DNA of 64,000 nt from Spirochaetia bacterium (GTDB lineage: Bacteria; Spirochaetota; Spirochaetia; SP-2023). Location of the stretch: the NCBI GenBank assembly GCA_965225855.1, contig CBDDCK010000004.1, positions 256,001 to 320,000 on the forward strand, in the 5' to 3' direction. The position numbers and the translations under genes are program-made. This document shows positions 9,865 through 20,704 of the stretch, piece by piece. Below the pieces are notes generated by a model. It made no database searches and was not told the DNA's origin. It saw nothing but the letters and a program-made list of their open reading frames with translations. Every line of letters starts with the position of its first letter. Position 1 is the stretch's first letter.

Positions 9865-10725
9865 TTATCCTTTAATACTGCCAGATATACCTTCCACGAT
9901 ATATTTCTGCATAAATAAAAATAATAAGATTATTGGCAAACTAGCAACGAGCGATGCCGCCATAAGCTCATTCCATAAGACGTCTTGTCTACCAAAAAAA
10001 GCGTATAAACCTTGAGTGATCGGCATCAGCTCTTGCCTTCGGTTGAATGTAATTGCAAAAGCAAATTGTTGCGCATAAGCTGCAATAAAGGTTCGAGTTC
10101 CCAAAACTACCAGAAAAGGGAGTAAATTGGGAAGTATCACTAGAGTAAGTATCTGGAATGTATTCGCTCCATCGCTGTGAGCTGCTTGGTCTAGCTCACA
10201 GGGCAATTGCTCCAAATACGTTCTTAGTAGCCATATATTAACGGGTAAAAGGGAAATACTACCAACAAGAATCATTGGCCAGTAAGTATTTAGCAATCTT
10301 AACTGTTGGAACATCTGATATAAAGGTATCAATAATAATACACCAGAAATCATAGACAAGGAAAGTAATAGCATTTGGGCGGCTTCTTTGTGCCGGAAAT
10401 CAAAACGAGAAAACACATATGCAGCCGGTATACCAAGGAATAAATTAAATAAAGTTACACTTAGGCCAAGGAACAAACTATTCGCCATATAACGCCCCAA
10501 ATTGGGAACAGTCTGCCAAATATTTTGATAATTTTCCCAGTGAAATATCGTAGGCAAAAGCCGATAGGGAAATGTTTTGGCTTCAGCAAGGGATTTGAGT
10601 GAGACAAAAAACATCTCAACAAATGGCAAAAGCATAAACCCGAGAAAAATAAAGCGACCAATGATCACAGCGACAGTTTCGCCTTTATTTAAGCGATTGT
10701 AATTAGCAAGAGTAGATTTAGGCAT
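9865..10725 (-). CDS. Carbohydrate ABC permease (MalG-like)
   Basis: NSLFL, AAYVFSR, EAA-like ELDQAAHSDGA, MQKYIVEG. Confidence 0.88.
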   Translation of the reverse strand: MPKSTLANYNRLNKGETVAVIIGRFIFLGFMLLPFVEMFFVSLKSLAEAKTFPYRLLPTIFHWENYQNIWQTVPNLGRYMANSLFLGLSVTLFNLFLGIPAAYVFSRFDFRHKEAAQMLLLSLSMISGVLLLIPLYQMFQQLRLLNTYWPMILVGSISLLPVNIWLLRTYLEQLPCELDQAAHSDGANTFQILTLVILPNLLPFLVVLGTRTFIAAYAQQFAFAITFNRRQELMPITQGLYAFFGRQDVLWNELMAASLVASLPIILLFLFMQKYIVEGISGSIKG

Positions 10726-11590
10726 ATTTCTGTCCTCTCTTCTTGATACCTAAATAAATAGCAACTAATAGAAATAATAAAAAGCTCATAACAACACTTT
10801 GGGCAGCACCTAAGCCTAAGTCAAAACGCTTAATAGAAGTGCGATAAGCCAAAATGGGTAAAGTGGTTGTGCCGTCACTGGGCCCCCCTTGCGTCATGAT
10901 CCAAATCACATCAAAGGAATTAAACGTAAAAATGGTAGTTACCGCAGCCAGTGAGAAAATTGCCGGTAGAATTTGTGGCAAAACTACATAACGTATTTTC
11001 TGCAAGCGCGTTGTTCCTTCGATAACAGCCGCTTCTAACGAGTCAATAGGAACGGATTCCAAAGCAGCAATCAAAAAAATGGTAATGAGTGGTACACCCG
11101 CCCAAACATCTACCAATAGCACCGATAATAGCGCGGGATTGCGCGAACCCAGAAACTCAAAAGGCTCTGCAATAAGCGATAAATTTTGTAGCCCATTGCT
11201 AATCAAACCAAATTGTCCATTTAAAAGCCACGTCCAAACAATCGCACTGATGGTTAAGGGCATGACCCATGGAGGAAGCACTAAAGCCCGGTAAACCCCT
11301 CGCAAACCTAAAGGAACATTGAGTAATAAAGCTCCCCCAAGGCCGAGACCAATTTTTAGGGAGACTCCAGATATTGTCCATAGCATGGTTCTCTGTAACA
11401 CCGGCCAGAACTTACCATCAAACAGAAATTCGCGATAATTGGCTAGCCCGATAAAATCAATATTCTTACCAATAGAGGCATTGGTAAAGGAAAGCCGAAT
11501 CAATTGGAACAAAGGAAAAATAAAAATAAACAAGAGCGCCAAAACACTTGGTAGCAACAGCAAAAATAATGTTTGTTTATGTATCTTCAT
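10718..11590 (-). CDS. Carbohydrate ABC permease (MalF-like)
   Basis: FIGLANY, EAAVIEG, MTQGGP. Confidence 0.88.
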   Translation of the reverse strand: MKIHKQTLFLLLLPSVLALLFIFIFPLFQLIRLSFTNASIGKNIDFIGLANYREFLFDGKFWPVLQRTMLWTISGVSLKIGLGLGGALLLNVPLGLRGVYRALVLPPWVMPLTISAIVWTWLLNGQFGLISNGLQNLSLIAEPFEFLGSRNPALLSVLLVDVWAGVPLITIFLIAALESVPIDSLEAAVIEGTTRLQKIRYVVLPQILPAIFSLAAVTTIFTFNSFDVIWIMTQGGPSDGTTTLPILAYRTSIKRFDLGLGAAQSVVMSFLLFLLVAIYLGIKKRGQKYA

Positions 11591-11673
11591 TTTTTATATA
11601 TTCCTGATAGCAAGTAAGGCTCTCCTAAAAAAATTAAGGCAAGCATTGCCCTGATAATTGAATTACTTGGCCA

Positions 11674-12063
11674 TTACTTAGGCTTGGCCGCCCACATCTC
11701 AATTTCTATTTGAAACGTATAAAGCAAACCTGCCTGCACGGTAGTACGACAGGGTAGAGGTTGCTTAAAATAACTAATATACACTTCATTGAAGCGGGGC
11801 CATAGTTCCAAATCGGTAAGATATATATTCACCTTGAAGACATCATCAAGGCTGCAATTTGCATAACCGAGCTGCTTGATACAATTTTCCATAGTAAAGC
11901 GAGTTTGCTCTTCGATGGTATCGCCAATAATATTTCCATCTAGGTCTATGGGTGTTTGTCCTGAAATAAGCACTAATTTAGATGCATCTACTTCCAGAAC
12001 CGGAGAATAGGGACCCGCAGTGGAATGTTGTATAGCTCCTACCGGTATTTTTTTAGTGGACAC
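11674..12063 (-). CDS. RidA/YjgF family enamine/imine deaminase
   Basis: GPYS, ISGQ, FNEVY, conserved Arg in PCRTTV, IEIE. Confidence 0.9.
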   Translation of the reverse strand: MSTKKIPVGAIQHSTAGPYSPVLEVDASKLVLISGQTPIDLDGNIIGDTIEEQTRFTMENCIKQLGYANCSLDDVFKVNIYLTDLELWPRFNEVYISYFKQPLPCRTTVQAGLLYTFQIEIEMWAAKPK

Positions 12064-12210
12064 GTTCCAACTCCTTATAAAATGATTGTTTATTTGTTTT
12101 AATATTTATAAATATTTAAGAATTCATCTCAATCATAATCTTATTTATATGTAGATCAAAAATCTTACAGAAAATCACTTAGCCATCAATTCATAAAGTA
12201 GTTTAGTTGA

Positions 12211-13515
12211 TCAAGATAGATTCACCATTAATTCCGATATCCATGGATTCATAGTAATAAAAATATAAATAACAAGAAAAACCACAATAAAAAAGAATGC
12301 ATACTTCATAATATAAATTGTTTTGGCCCCAGAAATAGCCTGACCAATAAATAAATTCACTCCCACTGGCGGAGTAACTGCCCCGAGCATAGCCCCTAAA
12401 GTTAAAATAATACCGAAATGAATAGGACTAACTCCCATATTTACCAATATAGGAAGGAATAACGGCGTGAAAATCAAAATCAATGGGGTAGCATCCATAA
12501 ACATGCCGGAAACAGTAATTAAACAAACGAACAAGAGCATCATCACAGATGAATTTTGCGTAATAGATGTAGCCCAAGCCCCAATTTGCTGGGGCACCTG
12601 ATTCAAAGTCAAAAGGCGTCCCAAAACGCTGGCAAAAGGAACAATAATAATAATAGAGCCCAAAGTTCTAATTGTCTTAGCAAATATTTCAAATAAGTCT
12701 CGAAATTTTATTTCTCTATGAATAAATAAACCCACAATTAAGGAATAAACCGTAGCAATAACCGCTGCTTCTGTTGCAGTAAACACACCGGTATAAATTC
12801 CTCCTAAGACGAGAACAGGTGAAAAGAGTGCCCATTTAGCATGCCAAAAGGAAGAACGAATATTATTCCAACTAAATACAGATTCTTTCTCTGGCATATC
12901 AATTCTATTAATTATTGCATAAACTGTATTTACAATAATCAGACCCGCTGCCAAAATTAAGCCGGGTAAAAAACCAGCCAAGAACATACTCGCTACCGAG
13001 ATTTCTGCAGTGATGGCATAAATAATCATAACGATAGAAGGAGGGATCATCGCTCCAAGAGTCCCGGAGACTGCCGACAGTGCCCCAGAATACCCTTTAG
13101 GGTAATTTCTTTTTATCATTTCCGGGGCTAACATTCCGCCTATTGCCGCAGTCGTAGCACTCGCAGAGCCACTGATCGCTCCAAAAAACGTACAGGACAG
13201 GATATTAATCGAACCCAAGCTGCCAGGCATCTTCAATAGCAAACTCGAAGAAAAATTAACAATACGTCTCGAAAGGCCACCGGTCTCCATTAAGTTCCCT
13301 ACCAAAAGAAATAAAGGCACCGCTATATAAGCAAAATTGTTCAGACTTGAAAATGCCGTTTGCGGAATAATAGATAAAGGAACTCCTGTTAAAAGGCATA
13401 AGGCAAATACTCCAATGCCCATCGAAATTGCAATAGGAATATTCGCAAAAGATAAAAGTATAAACAAAATAAACGTGGCGACAATTTCCATTTTTACAAA
13501 CTCTCGAATAATCAA
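12211..13515 (-). CDS. dctM: TRAP transporter large permease DctM
   Basis: FFGAISGS, IPPSI, TATEAA, TPPVGVNLF. Confidence 0.92.
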   Translation of the reverse strand: MIIREFVKMEIVATFILFILLSFANIPIAISMGIGVFALCLLTGVPLSIIPQTAFSSLNNFAYIAVPLFLLVGNLMETGGLSRRIVNFSSSLLLKMPGSLGSINILSCTFFGAISGSASATTAAIGGMLAPEMIKRNYPKGYSGALSAVSGTLGAMIPPSIVMIIYAITAEISVASMFLAGFLPGLILAAGLIIVNTVYAIINRIDMPEKESVFSWNNIRSSFWHAKWALFSPVLVLGGIYTGVFTATEAAVIATVYSLIVGLFIHREIKFRDLFEIFAKTIRTLGSIIIIVPFASVLGRLLTLNQVPQQIGAWATSITQNSSVMMLLFVCLITVSGMFMDATPLILIFTPLFLPILVNMGVSPIHFGIILTLGAMLGAVTPPVGVNLFIGQAISGAKTIYIMKYAFFFIVVFLVIYIFITMNPWISELMVNLS

Positions 13516-13991
13516 GCAATAAATGATTTTGCTTTACTGTCTTTTTGTATGCTAAAAAGCTGCATAAAATAACGGGCAGCCATTAAAAAATATAAAAGCG
13601 CTTGTATCGCATACAAAAAGAATACCGGCAAACGTAAAGCCGGGCTTACCTGGCCAACATTAAAAGCATTCATCAATGGGAATACAGAGTAAATGGCCAC
13701 AAAAAGGGTAAATAACATACCCAACAAATTAACTATATTTTCTGTTATATGGGAAACTTTTTTATTTTTGATTAACAATTCCAGAAATTCGATTCGGATC
13801 ATAGTTTTATTTTTAATTGCAATAGATGTTGCTAACCCAACCATAAAAATATAAGTGAAACGCGAAAGTTCTTCAGACCAAGCAAGAGGGAGATTCAAAG
13901 CAAAGCGAAAAATGACCTGCGAAAATGTTACTAGAACAAGAATCGCCAAAAGCAAAACGCTGATTATCATATCAATTTCTTTTGCCTTCAT
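13512..13991 (-). CDS. dctQ: TRAP transporter small permease DctQ
   Basis: QVIFRF..WSEELSR, 4 TM helices, SPAL. Confidence 0.88.
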   Translation of the reverse strand: MKAKEIDMIISVLLLAILVLVTFSQVIFRFALNLPLAWSEELSRFTYIFMVGLATSIAIKNKTMIRIEFLELLIKNKKVSHITENIVNLLGMLFTLFVAIYSVFPLMNAFNVGQVSPALRLPVFFLYAIQALLYFLMAARYFMQLFSIQKDSKAKSFIA

Positions 13992-14018
13992 AATCCCTCT
14001 ATGTTGGTAATCGGTAAA

Positions 14019-15035
14019 TTAAAGCCCCAATTCTTTTTTCAACACGGCAAAGAGTTTCGGGTTGACCTCTTTGCCAAATTTCTCAATAACGGGATAGCCT
14101 TTTAAGAATAACTCGTTTTTGGTTTTGTCGCTAACCTCGTTAATTTCGACCATACCACTATTTATTAGAAGATCGCGAGATTTTTGCTCTTCGCGCACCC
14201 ATTCTTTCTTCATGTAATTCTGACTGATTTTAACACCTTCTTGCAAAACTTTTCGGTGTTCTGGAGCTAAAGAATCGTAATAATTCTTACTCATGGTAAA
14301 AACAACAAGCGAAGCAATATCGGAACTTAGCGAGATATACTTCTGAACTTCCTGAAATTTGTTGGTATAAATGGTTGTCAGCGGGTTAAATTGCCCATCA
14401 ACAACGCCTTGCTGTAAAGCGGAAAATAATTCTGTAAAGGACATTGGCACCGGATTGGCCCCTACCGCGCGATAAAATTCCAGTAGCAAAGGGTTTTGTA
14501 CGGTGCGTAATTTAATCCCTTTTAAATCCGCAGCATTCACAATCGGCCTTTTACTGTTGGAAATATTGGTAAAACCCATTATGCCAAAACCAAGACCTTT
14601 TAACCCAGATTTTTCCAGTGTTGCCAACAGTTCTTTACCAAATTGACCTTCCAATAGACGATCGACATCTTTCTGATTTTTAAACAAATAAGGAGCAGAA
14701 AAAAGCGTAAAACTTTTCTCAAAATTCGATAACGCAGAAGTTCCAGTAGGGTTCATCTGCACAATACCTTGCTGAATTAATTCAATAACTTCTTTGTCAT
14801 CACCCAATTGATTGGCAGGAAATATTTGTACATCAAAAGCACCATTCGTATTTTCTTCGACATACTTAGCCAACAAGTGATAGGACTTTGTTGAGTAATG
14901 GGACTCTGGCAAACCGCTGGCAATTTTGAATACAGCCGTTTTATTGCCCCCTTTATTCCCAGTTGCAAAAACAGCTTGGGCCATAAATCCCGAGATAAAC
15001 AAAATTACCCCTAGAAAAACAATATATTTTTTCAT
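14019..15035 (-). CDS. dctP: TRAP substrate-binding protein DctP
   Basis: FPANQLG, DLKGIKLR, ELFSALQQGVVDGQ; RBS before ATG 15035. Confidence 0.92.
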   Translation of the reverse strand: MKKYIVFLGVILFISGFMAQAVFATGNKGGNKTAVFKIASGLPESHYSTKSYHLLAKYVEENTNGAFDVQIFPANQLGDDKEVIELIQQGIVQMNPTGTSALSNFEKSFTLFSAPYLFKNQKDVDRLLEGQFGKELLATLEKSGLKGLGFGIMGFTNISNSKRPIVNAADLKGIKLRTVQNPLLLEFYRAVGANPVPMSFTELFSALQQGVVDGQFNPLTTIYTNKFQEVQKYISLSSDIASLVVFTMSKNYYDSLAPEHRKVLQEGVKISQNYMKKEWVREEQKSRDLLINSGMVEINEVSDKTKNELFLKGYPVIEKFGKEVNPKLFAVLKKELGL

Positions 15036-15130
15036 ATAAAACTCCCTTATAAAACCTATATAGGTTTTGTCGCAATAAAATTTTCCCTCTCCCTTTTCGT
15101 ATCTCAATAGAGATTTTTACAAATTGCTTA

Positions 15131-15898
15131 TTACCTCCTTTCTAGTTGATTAATATTATGGAGTAAAGATTTTAAGCCTGCCATAGCCACCTTGAAAATT
15201 TTCTCGCCCTTTGCGCGACTAGCATTAGCGGTTAGGCCGTAGGTTCCATCTTCAGTCATCTCTTTGAAACTGCGCAATAAATTGACCGGGGAACCTTGCA
15301 ACAAATCCCCTCTAGCTTCAGGTAAGGGAATCTGCGGTGTAGCTCCCGAGCTTCTGTCCGCATAATTTACTAGGTCTTGCTGTAAATATTCCATTAGAGA
15401 AAACTCAAATTCTGCCGCATGGCCATTGCCTATAAAGCCAGATTCTTTTAAGGCCTCCAATTCTGCAACGCAAAGTTTCCACCATGAAGTACCCATAATA
15501 TTCAGATGCTTGTGTTTATTTCCCAACTTTTCTACACATAACTGCATGAGAGCCTGATTGCCACCATGGCTGTTGAAAATTAATATATTATAGTAACCTT
15601 GAGCTACTACGGACTCGACAATATCACAAATATAGAGTATTAAAGCCTCATGGGAAACGGTCAGACTGCCTGGAAAATCCATGTGATGTTGTGAATAACC
15701 TATTTTAATTTGAGGCAATATCAAGACTTGCTCTCGATAGCAGCGGTTCAATTCCAAGCAAAGTTGCCAACCAATTAGGTTATCCACACAGACAGGCAAA
15801 GCCGGCCCATGTTGTTCAATGGACGCAACCGGCAGTATCACCGCTGTATTTTGGGGAATTTCTTTATGCTGTAATGATGTTAAATCTTGCCACAACAT
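15131..15898 (-). CDS. Creatininase-family amidohydrolase
   Basis: EQHG..LP..VD, HHMDFPGS, NSHGGN, GHAAEFE metal motifs. Confidence 0.88.
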   Translation of the reverse strand: MLWQDLTSLQHKEIPQNTAVILPVASIEQHGPALPVCVDNLIGWQLCLELNRCYREQVLILPQIKIGYSQHHMDFPGSLTVSHEALILYICDIVESVVAQGYYNILIFNSHGGNQALMQLCVEKLGNKHKHLNIMGTSWWKLCVAELEALKESGFIGNGHAAEFEFSLMEYLQQDLVNYADRSSGATPQIPLPEARGDLLQGSPVNLLRSFKEMTEDGTYGLTANASRAKGEKIFKVAMAGLKSLLHNINQLERR

Positions 15899-17041
15899 TT
15901 AGGCCACCTCGAATGATTTTGTTCGGTATTGTTCTACAGACTTATGGTCTAAACGGATACCCAGACCAGCACCATCTTGGGGTAAATAAGCGTAAGAATC
16001 CTGAATCTTAATAGGAGTTTCCAGCAAATCATGGCTGCGTATTAGACGCCCGAAAATATCACTAGGCCAAATACAACTAGCCGCCGCGTGAACTTGATGA
16101 ACATACATGGCCTCTAGTATACCGAGATCGATTTCCGAGCCATGCCAGCAATACATATTAGCAATGGAAGCAACCGCATCCAGCGTGCGGAAGCGATGCA
16201 AACCAGCATTAAAATTAAAACCATCGGCACTGCAATGCTGGATACAATTGATTATGTCATGAGCTCGTTGGCCTTGGTATATATATGGCAAAGAAATATG
16301 GCGAACAATGCGAATAGATGAAAAATTCCGCAGGCTACGATAATCTTCGAGCATCCACAGAGGCATAGGGTCTTCCAGGATCATTACATTGCCAATTTTT
16401 TCTAATTCACGCACCAGATATTTAACTTCCCCCAGATTCTCCCAACGCTGATTTGGGTCATAAATAATTTTCATTCCGGGAGCATAAGAGCGAATTTCTT
16501 CAGCCCATTCAATCACTGGGTCTTGCAATTCTGCCTTGAGCTTAATGCAATCATAGCCTTCTTTTTGGTATTTCGCGGCAATAAGCCCCATCTCTGCTTT
16601 TTCCCGATAACTAGACCAAGAGCCCACTTTAATCTTTTTCTGCACTACCCCGCCTAGCAATGCAACTAGCGGCATTTTCTTCCACTTTGCATAAGCATCC
16701 CAAATAGCGCACTCGAAACCATCGTGTTCACGATATAAGCCAATTGGGAGTTTTTGCAAGCATAATTGAAGAATATCTTGCCCTAACAGGCTCTGTGCAA
16801 TCGTCTGGACTAATTCGGTATTGTGATCGCGATAAAATTCTCCCAAACCGACTATACCATTGCTTAATTCCATCTCAACAATAAGTTTGGGGAGCTCATC
16901 AAATTGCATTGCCCAAGTATCGGTAGCCTTGCAGACAACAGGCAACATATGCAAAGGTTTATACACATTTTTACTGTTAATTGCTTCAGGCTTTGCAGGA
17001 ACAATTACCTCGGTAAAAGTAAATTTTTGTATACAGCTCAT
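15899..17041 (-). CDS. Mandelate racemase/muconate-lactonizing (enolase superfamily) enzyme
   Basis: GLGE, ECAIWD...LLGG, KLK motif, DPNQ, EDP, GAGLGI. Confidence 0.85.
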   Translation of the reverse strand: MSCIQKFTFTEVIVPAKPEAINSKNVYKPLHMLPVVCKATDTWAMQFDELPKLIVEMELSNGIVGLGEFYRDHNTELVQTIAQSLLGQDILQLCLQKLPIGLYREHDGFECAIWDAYAKWKKMPLVALLGGVVQKKIKVGSWSSYREKAEMGLIAAKYQKEGYDCIKLKAELQDPVIEWAEEIRSYAPGMKIIYDPNQRWENLGEVKYLVRELEKIGNVMILEDPMPLWMLEDYRSLRNFSSIRIVRHISLPYIYQGQRAHDIINCIQHCSADGFNFNAGLHRFRTLDAVASIANMYCWHGSEIDLGILEAMYVHQVHAAASCIWPSDIFGRLIRSHDLLETPIKIQDSYAYLPQDGAGLGIRLDHKSVEQYRTKSFEVA

Positions 17042-17746
17042 AAATGGCGATCCCCCTATCGAGCAAGCAGTATACAATAGAAATTAAGTTCGTCAATAAA
17101 AAGTTTGTTTTTATTTTAAAATATTTATTTAATAATGATTCCCAAATTTAAAGTAGAGGATCAGAAGGTAAAATGTCTATGTTTCGTTTGTAAAAAGGGA
17201 AGAAAAAATTCATGTAAATATCCTGAATATTTATAGTAGGCATAATTATTGTCAATGATAGGGATTCAACTTATCTAGCCTCTAAATTATAGGATTACCG
17301 TTATAGGCTAAAAATATTGGGTATGAATATTTTAAGTTTTGGTAGAGCAGACATTCCTCTTTTCTCATATAAACGCACCTATAAAACCTCTTTTAAATAA
17401 TATCCCCAATGGATATTATAAATAGTTTAAATTATCTCCTTTCTATTTGATTAATATTATTGAGTAAAGGCTTTCGCCCCCACCATTGTTCGGCTTATAG
17501 CAAATTCCCTCTATTAAGGGTGGCTACCCTATAATTGAGAATTTAATGCGTCAACAAAAAATTGATTTTTGTGCTGCAAAATAATCTGTATAAAAATGGT
17601 TTGGGAATATCGACCTAAATCGGTATCTAAATCTTGTTGTTTTTTTGCTAGGCTATAAAAATATGACTATGGCTATTTTATAGATACAATTAAAGCGTAT
17701 ATAATGGCGTGCATTGATTTAAGCTATAAAATGTTAGGAGAATCCT

Positions 17747-19135
17747 ATGGAATACGATTATATTTGTATTGGTGGTGGTAGCGGCGGTATTGCTTCTGCC
17801 AACCGGGCAGCGATGCATGGGGCTAAGGTTGCTCTTATAGAAGGGAAAGAGTTAGGGGGTACGTGCGTCAATGTGGGCTGTGTACCCAAAAAAGTTATGT
17901 GGTATGCTTCCCAAATTGCGGAAGCTATGCACTATGCCAAAGATTATGGCTTCCCTTTAGATGCAGGCCAATCTTTAGCTAGTATGGATTGGGGCAAGCT
18001 AATACGCAATCGTCAATCTTATATACAGCTCATTCATCGCTCTTATGATAAGATTCTGGCTAGCAATAAAGTGGATGTCATTCGTGGTTATGCTCAATTC
18101 ATTAAGCCAGATGAGATTGAGGTCCATATTGAGAATGAAGAGAAGAAGTATAGAAGGCTGCATGCACCCCATATCTTAGTAGCTACCGGCGGGCACCCCG
18201 ATATACCCAAAATTCCGGGAGCGGAGTTGGGTATAGATTCAGACGGTTTTTTTGCCTTGCAAAGACGGCCTTCCTGCGTAGCCGTGGTTGGGGCGGGCTA
18301 TATTGCTGTAGAGCTAGCCGGTGTTTTGCGCTCTCTGGGGGTCAAGACAGATTTGTTTGTGCGCAAAGAAGGTCCCTTGCGCAGTTTTGATGAGATGCTG
18401 CAAAAGACTTTACAAGATGAGATGGAAGCAAATGGCATTGTGCTACATCGCCATTCGGCAATACAAGAGCTTACCAAAGAAAGTGATGGCAGCTTAACGC
18501 TACACTTTGAAAATACTAAAAGTAGCCACAACGCAGAGCAAGTAATTTGGGCAATTGGACGCAGCCCCAACATGGCTTTACTCTCGCTGGAAGATGCTGG
18601 CATTGCTTGCAACGAGAACGGTTATATTCCAGTAGATGAATATCAAAATACCAATGTTCAAGGAGTCTATGCCATAGGCGATGTAATACAAGATGGTGTT
18701 GAGCTTACGCCTGTAGCGGTGAAAGCGGGCCGTTTGCTAGCCGAACGCTTGTTTAATGCTAAATCTTACAGCGACATGCCGAAGATGGATTATAAGTTAG
18801 TTCCTACCGTGGTGTTTAGCCATCCGCCAATCGGCAGCATTGGCCTCACGGAAGCAGAAGCAAAACAGCAGTACGGCGAAGAGCTAACGGTATACACCAG
18901 TAGCTTTACTGCAATGTACACAGCTATTACCGAACATCGTCAAGCTTGCCGTATGAAACTACTTTGTGCGGGGTCAGAACAACGGGTTGTAGGGCTACAT
19001 GGTATTGGTTACGGAGTCGATGAGATGATTCAAGGTTTTGGCGTAGCGATGAAGATGGGGGCCACCAAAGCAGATTTTGACAGCGTGGTTGCTATCCACC
19101 CCACCGGCTCGGAAGAATTTGTTACTATGAGATAG
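17747..19135 (+). CDS. gor: Glutathione-disulfide reductase
   Basis: [19 protein letters not shown] redox disulfide, GAGYIA, HPTGSEE. Confidence 0.95.
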   Translation: MEYDYICIGGGSGGIASANRAAMHGAKVALIEGKELGGTCVNVGCVPKKVMWYASQIAEAMHYAKDYGFPLDAGQSLASMDWGKLIRNRQSYIQLIHRSYDKILASNKVDVIRGYAQFIKPDEIEVHIENEEKKYRRLHAPHILVATGGHPDIPKIPGAELGIDSDGFFALQRRPSCVAVVGAGYIAVELAGVLRSLGVKTDLFVRKEGPLRSFDEMLQKTLQDEMEANGIVLHRHSAIQELTKESDGSLTLHFENTKSSHNAEQVIWAIGRSPNMALLSLEDAGIACNENGYIPVDEYQNTNVQGVYAIGDVIQDGVELTPVAVKAGRLLAERLFNAKSYSDMPKMDYKLVPTVVFSHPPIGSIGLTEAEAKQQYGEELTVYTSSFTAMYTAITEHRQACRMKLLCAGSEQRVVGLHGIGYGVDEMIQGFGVAMKMGATKADFDSVVAIHPTGSEEFVTMR

Positions 19136-19497
19136 CAAAAATTAGAAGGACTGCTTACCAGTCCAAAACCGAAAAAGAGCAAATCAAAATTTTGGGGTCT
19201 GGACAATATTAAAGAAGATTTTAGCGCAAAATAAAATAGCAAAAATTTTTTCTTGGCCTTTTGTTGGTCTATGGGTCAAAATACTACATTTATTCAGTAA
19301 CGATAATTTTCTGTGTAAAGTAGGGTCAAAATTACTAGCAAAATTTTATCGATACAAGCTGTATGTTTCTTTATGACACGGTTTACAGCAATTAAAACCG
19401 AGCATTATGATGCGATAAAACAAACTATATCATTTCTAAATAGAAAGATGTATAAAAAAATAAGTAAAAGACACCGTTTGGAAAACATTTACAATTG

Positions 19498-19512
19498 TGG
19501 CATATAATTTGC
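19498..19512 (+). promoter_or_regulatory. Sigma54 (-24/-12) promoter
   Basis: TGGCAT-ATAAT-TTGC matches TGGCAC-N5-TTGC; 46 bp upstream of the sigma factor ATG. Confidence 0.75.
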
Positions 19513-19558
19513 TTGTAATGCATATAAAAAATACTATTGTCAGTTTGGAGACGAAAAT

Positions 19559-20392
19559 ATGGATGAAAAAGATGCGCTAGGTATCTATTTAAAAAAGATC
19601 AAAAAACTTCCCTTAATCACCAGTGAAGAAGAAAATAAATTGGCTTTGGCTGCTCAAAAAGGTGATGTTGCTGCGCGTAATAAGTTGGTACAATCTCACC
19701 TGCGCTTTGTGATTAGCGTAGCCAAAAAATATCAAAACAATGGTTTGGCGCTGGAAGATTTAATTAGTGAAGGGAATATTGGTTTGATTCAAGCTATTGA
19801 ACATTACGATGTAAGCCGCGGCTTGCATTTTATTTCCTATGGAGTTTGGTGGATACGCCAATCCATTATGAAAGCCTTAAATGAGCAAGTACGCAGTATT
19901 CGCTTGCCTACAAACCGCAGTAACCAACTGCGCCAAATTGAAAAACGTAGTAAAGAAATTTTGCATGATTCGGGCCAATTGCCAGAATTTGAGGAAGTTG
20001 TCAAACTTTTAGAGTATTCGTTAAATGATATGCGTGAAATACGCAACATTGCCCAAGAAATGATTTCGTTAAATCAAACGCAATCGGATGACTATTCTAT
20101 CCGTTTGGAAGACCAGATGACTTATGAAACTTATTCCTCAGAAGAACAGGCTATTCTAAGTTGCATGTGTAAAGATGTTTTTAGTGCGCTAGCTATTTTG
20201 CGTAAGAAAGAAGCTGATATTGTTATAAAGCGTTTTGGCTTAGATGGTAAACAAGACCCTATGTCGTTGCGTCAAGTTGCAGAAGTTTACAATTTGACTA
20301 AAGAACGTGTACGCCAAATTGAAAAGCAAGCCTTGCAAACTCTGCAAAATTCTCCAAGGACTCGCCATTTAGAAGAATATGTTGCTTCATAG
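19559..20392 (+). CDS. rpoS: Alternative sigma70-family factor, RpoS-like (no region 1.1)
   Basis: LRFVISVAKKY, DLISEGNIGL, YGVWWIRQSI, TKERVRQIE; 277 aa; rpoS label inferred from size plus the sigma54 promoter. Confidence 0.7.
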   Translation: MDEKDALGIYLKKIKKLPLITSEEENKLALAAQKGDVAARNKLVQSHLRFVISVAKKYQNNGLALEDLISEGNIGLIQAIEHYDVSRGLHFISYGVWWIRQSIMKALNEQVRSIRLPTNRSNQLRQIEKRSKEILHDSGQLPEFEEVVKLLEYSLNDMREIRNIAQEMISLNQTQSDDYSIRLEDQMTYETYSSEEQAILSCMCKDVFSALAILRKKEADIVIKRFGLDGKQDPMSLRQVAEVYNLTKERVRQIEKQALQTLQNSPRTRHLEEYVAS

Positions 20393-20704
20393 TTTTCTTA
20401 ATTCAGTTAAGCAATTGTCAGGCTGAATTTTTAGCGATTCTAAAATTACTTTTGGATATTGATTTCATTAGTATAAAAAATAGGGAATTGAAACATATAA
20501 TAAGATTGATGGTATTTCTTGAAATTTTGGTATAAATAGCCGCATCTTTGGTCGTTTGGGAGGCAAGCTTCATCATGAGCAAAATAGTAGATAATTTGCC
20601 AAAATTTGGCTTACAAAAGATTTGTGTTTTTACAATATTTATTTCCCAAACAACAGTTAGATTGAAGTTATAGTCGAATAAAGTAAGCGCCCAAAGAATA
20701 AAAA

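Noticed and set aside
17100..17450. Possible decayed gene upstream of the enolase-family gene
   Set aside because: RBS-like sites and short frames are present but with many stops and no recognisable motif
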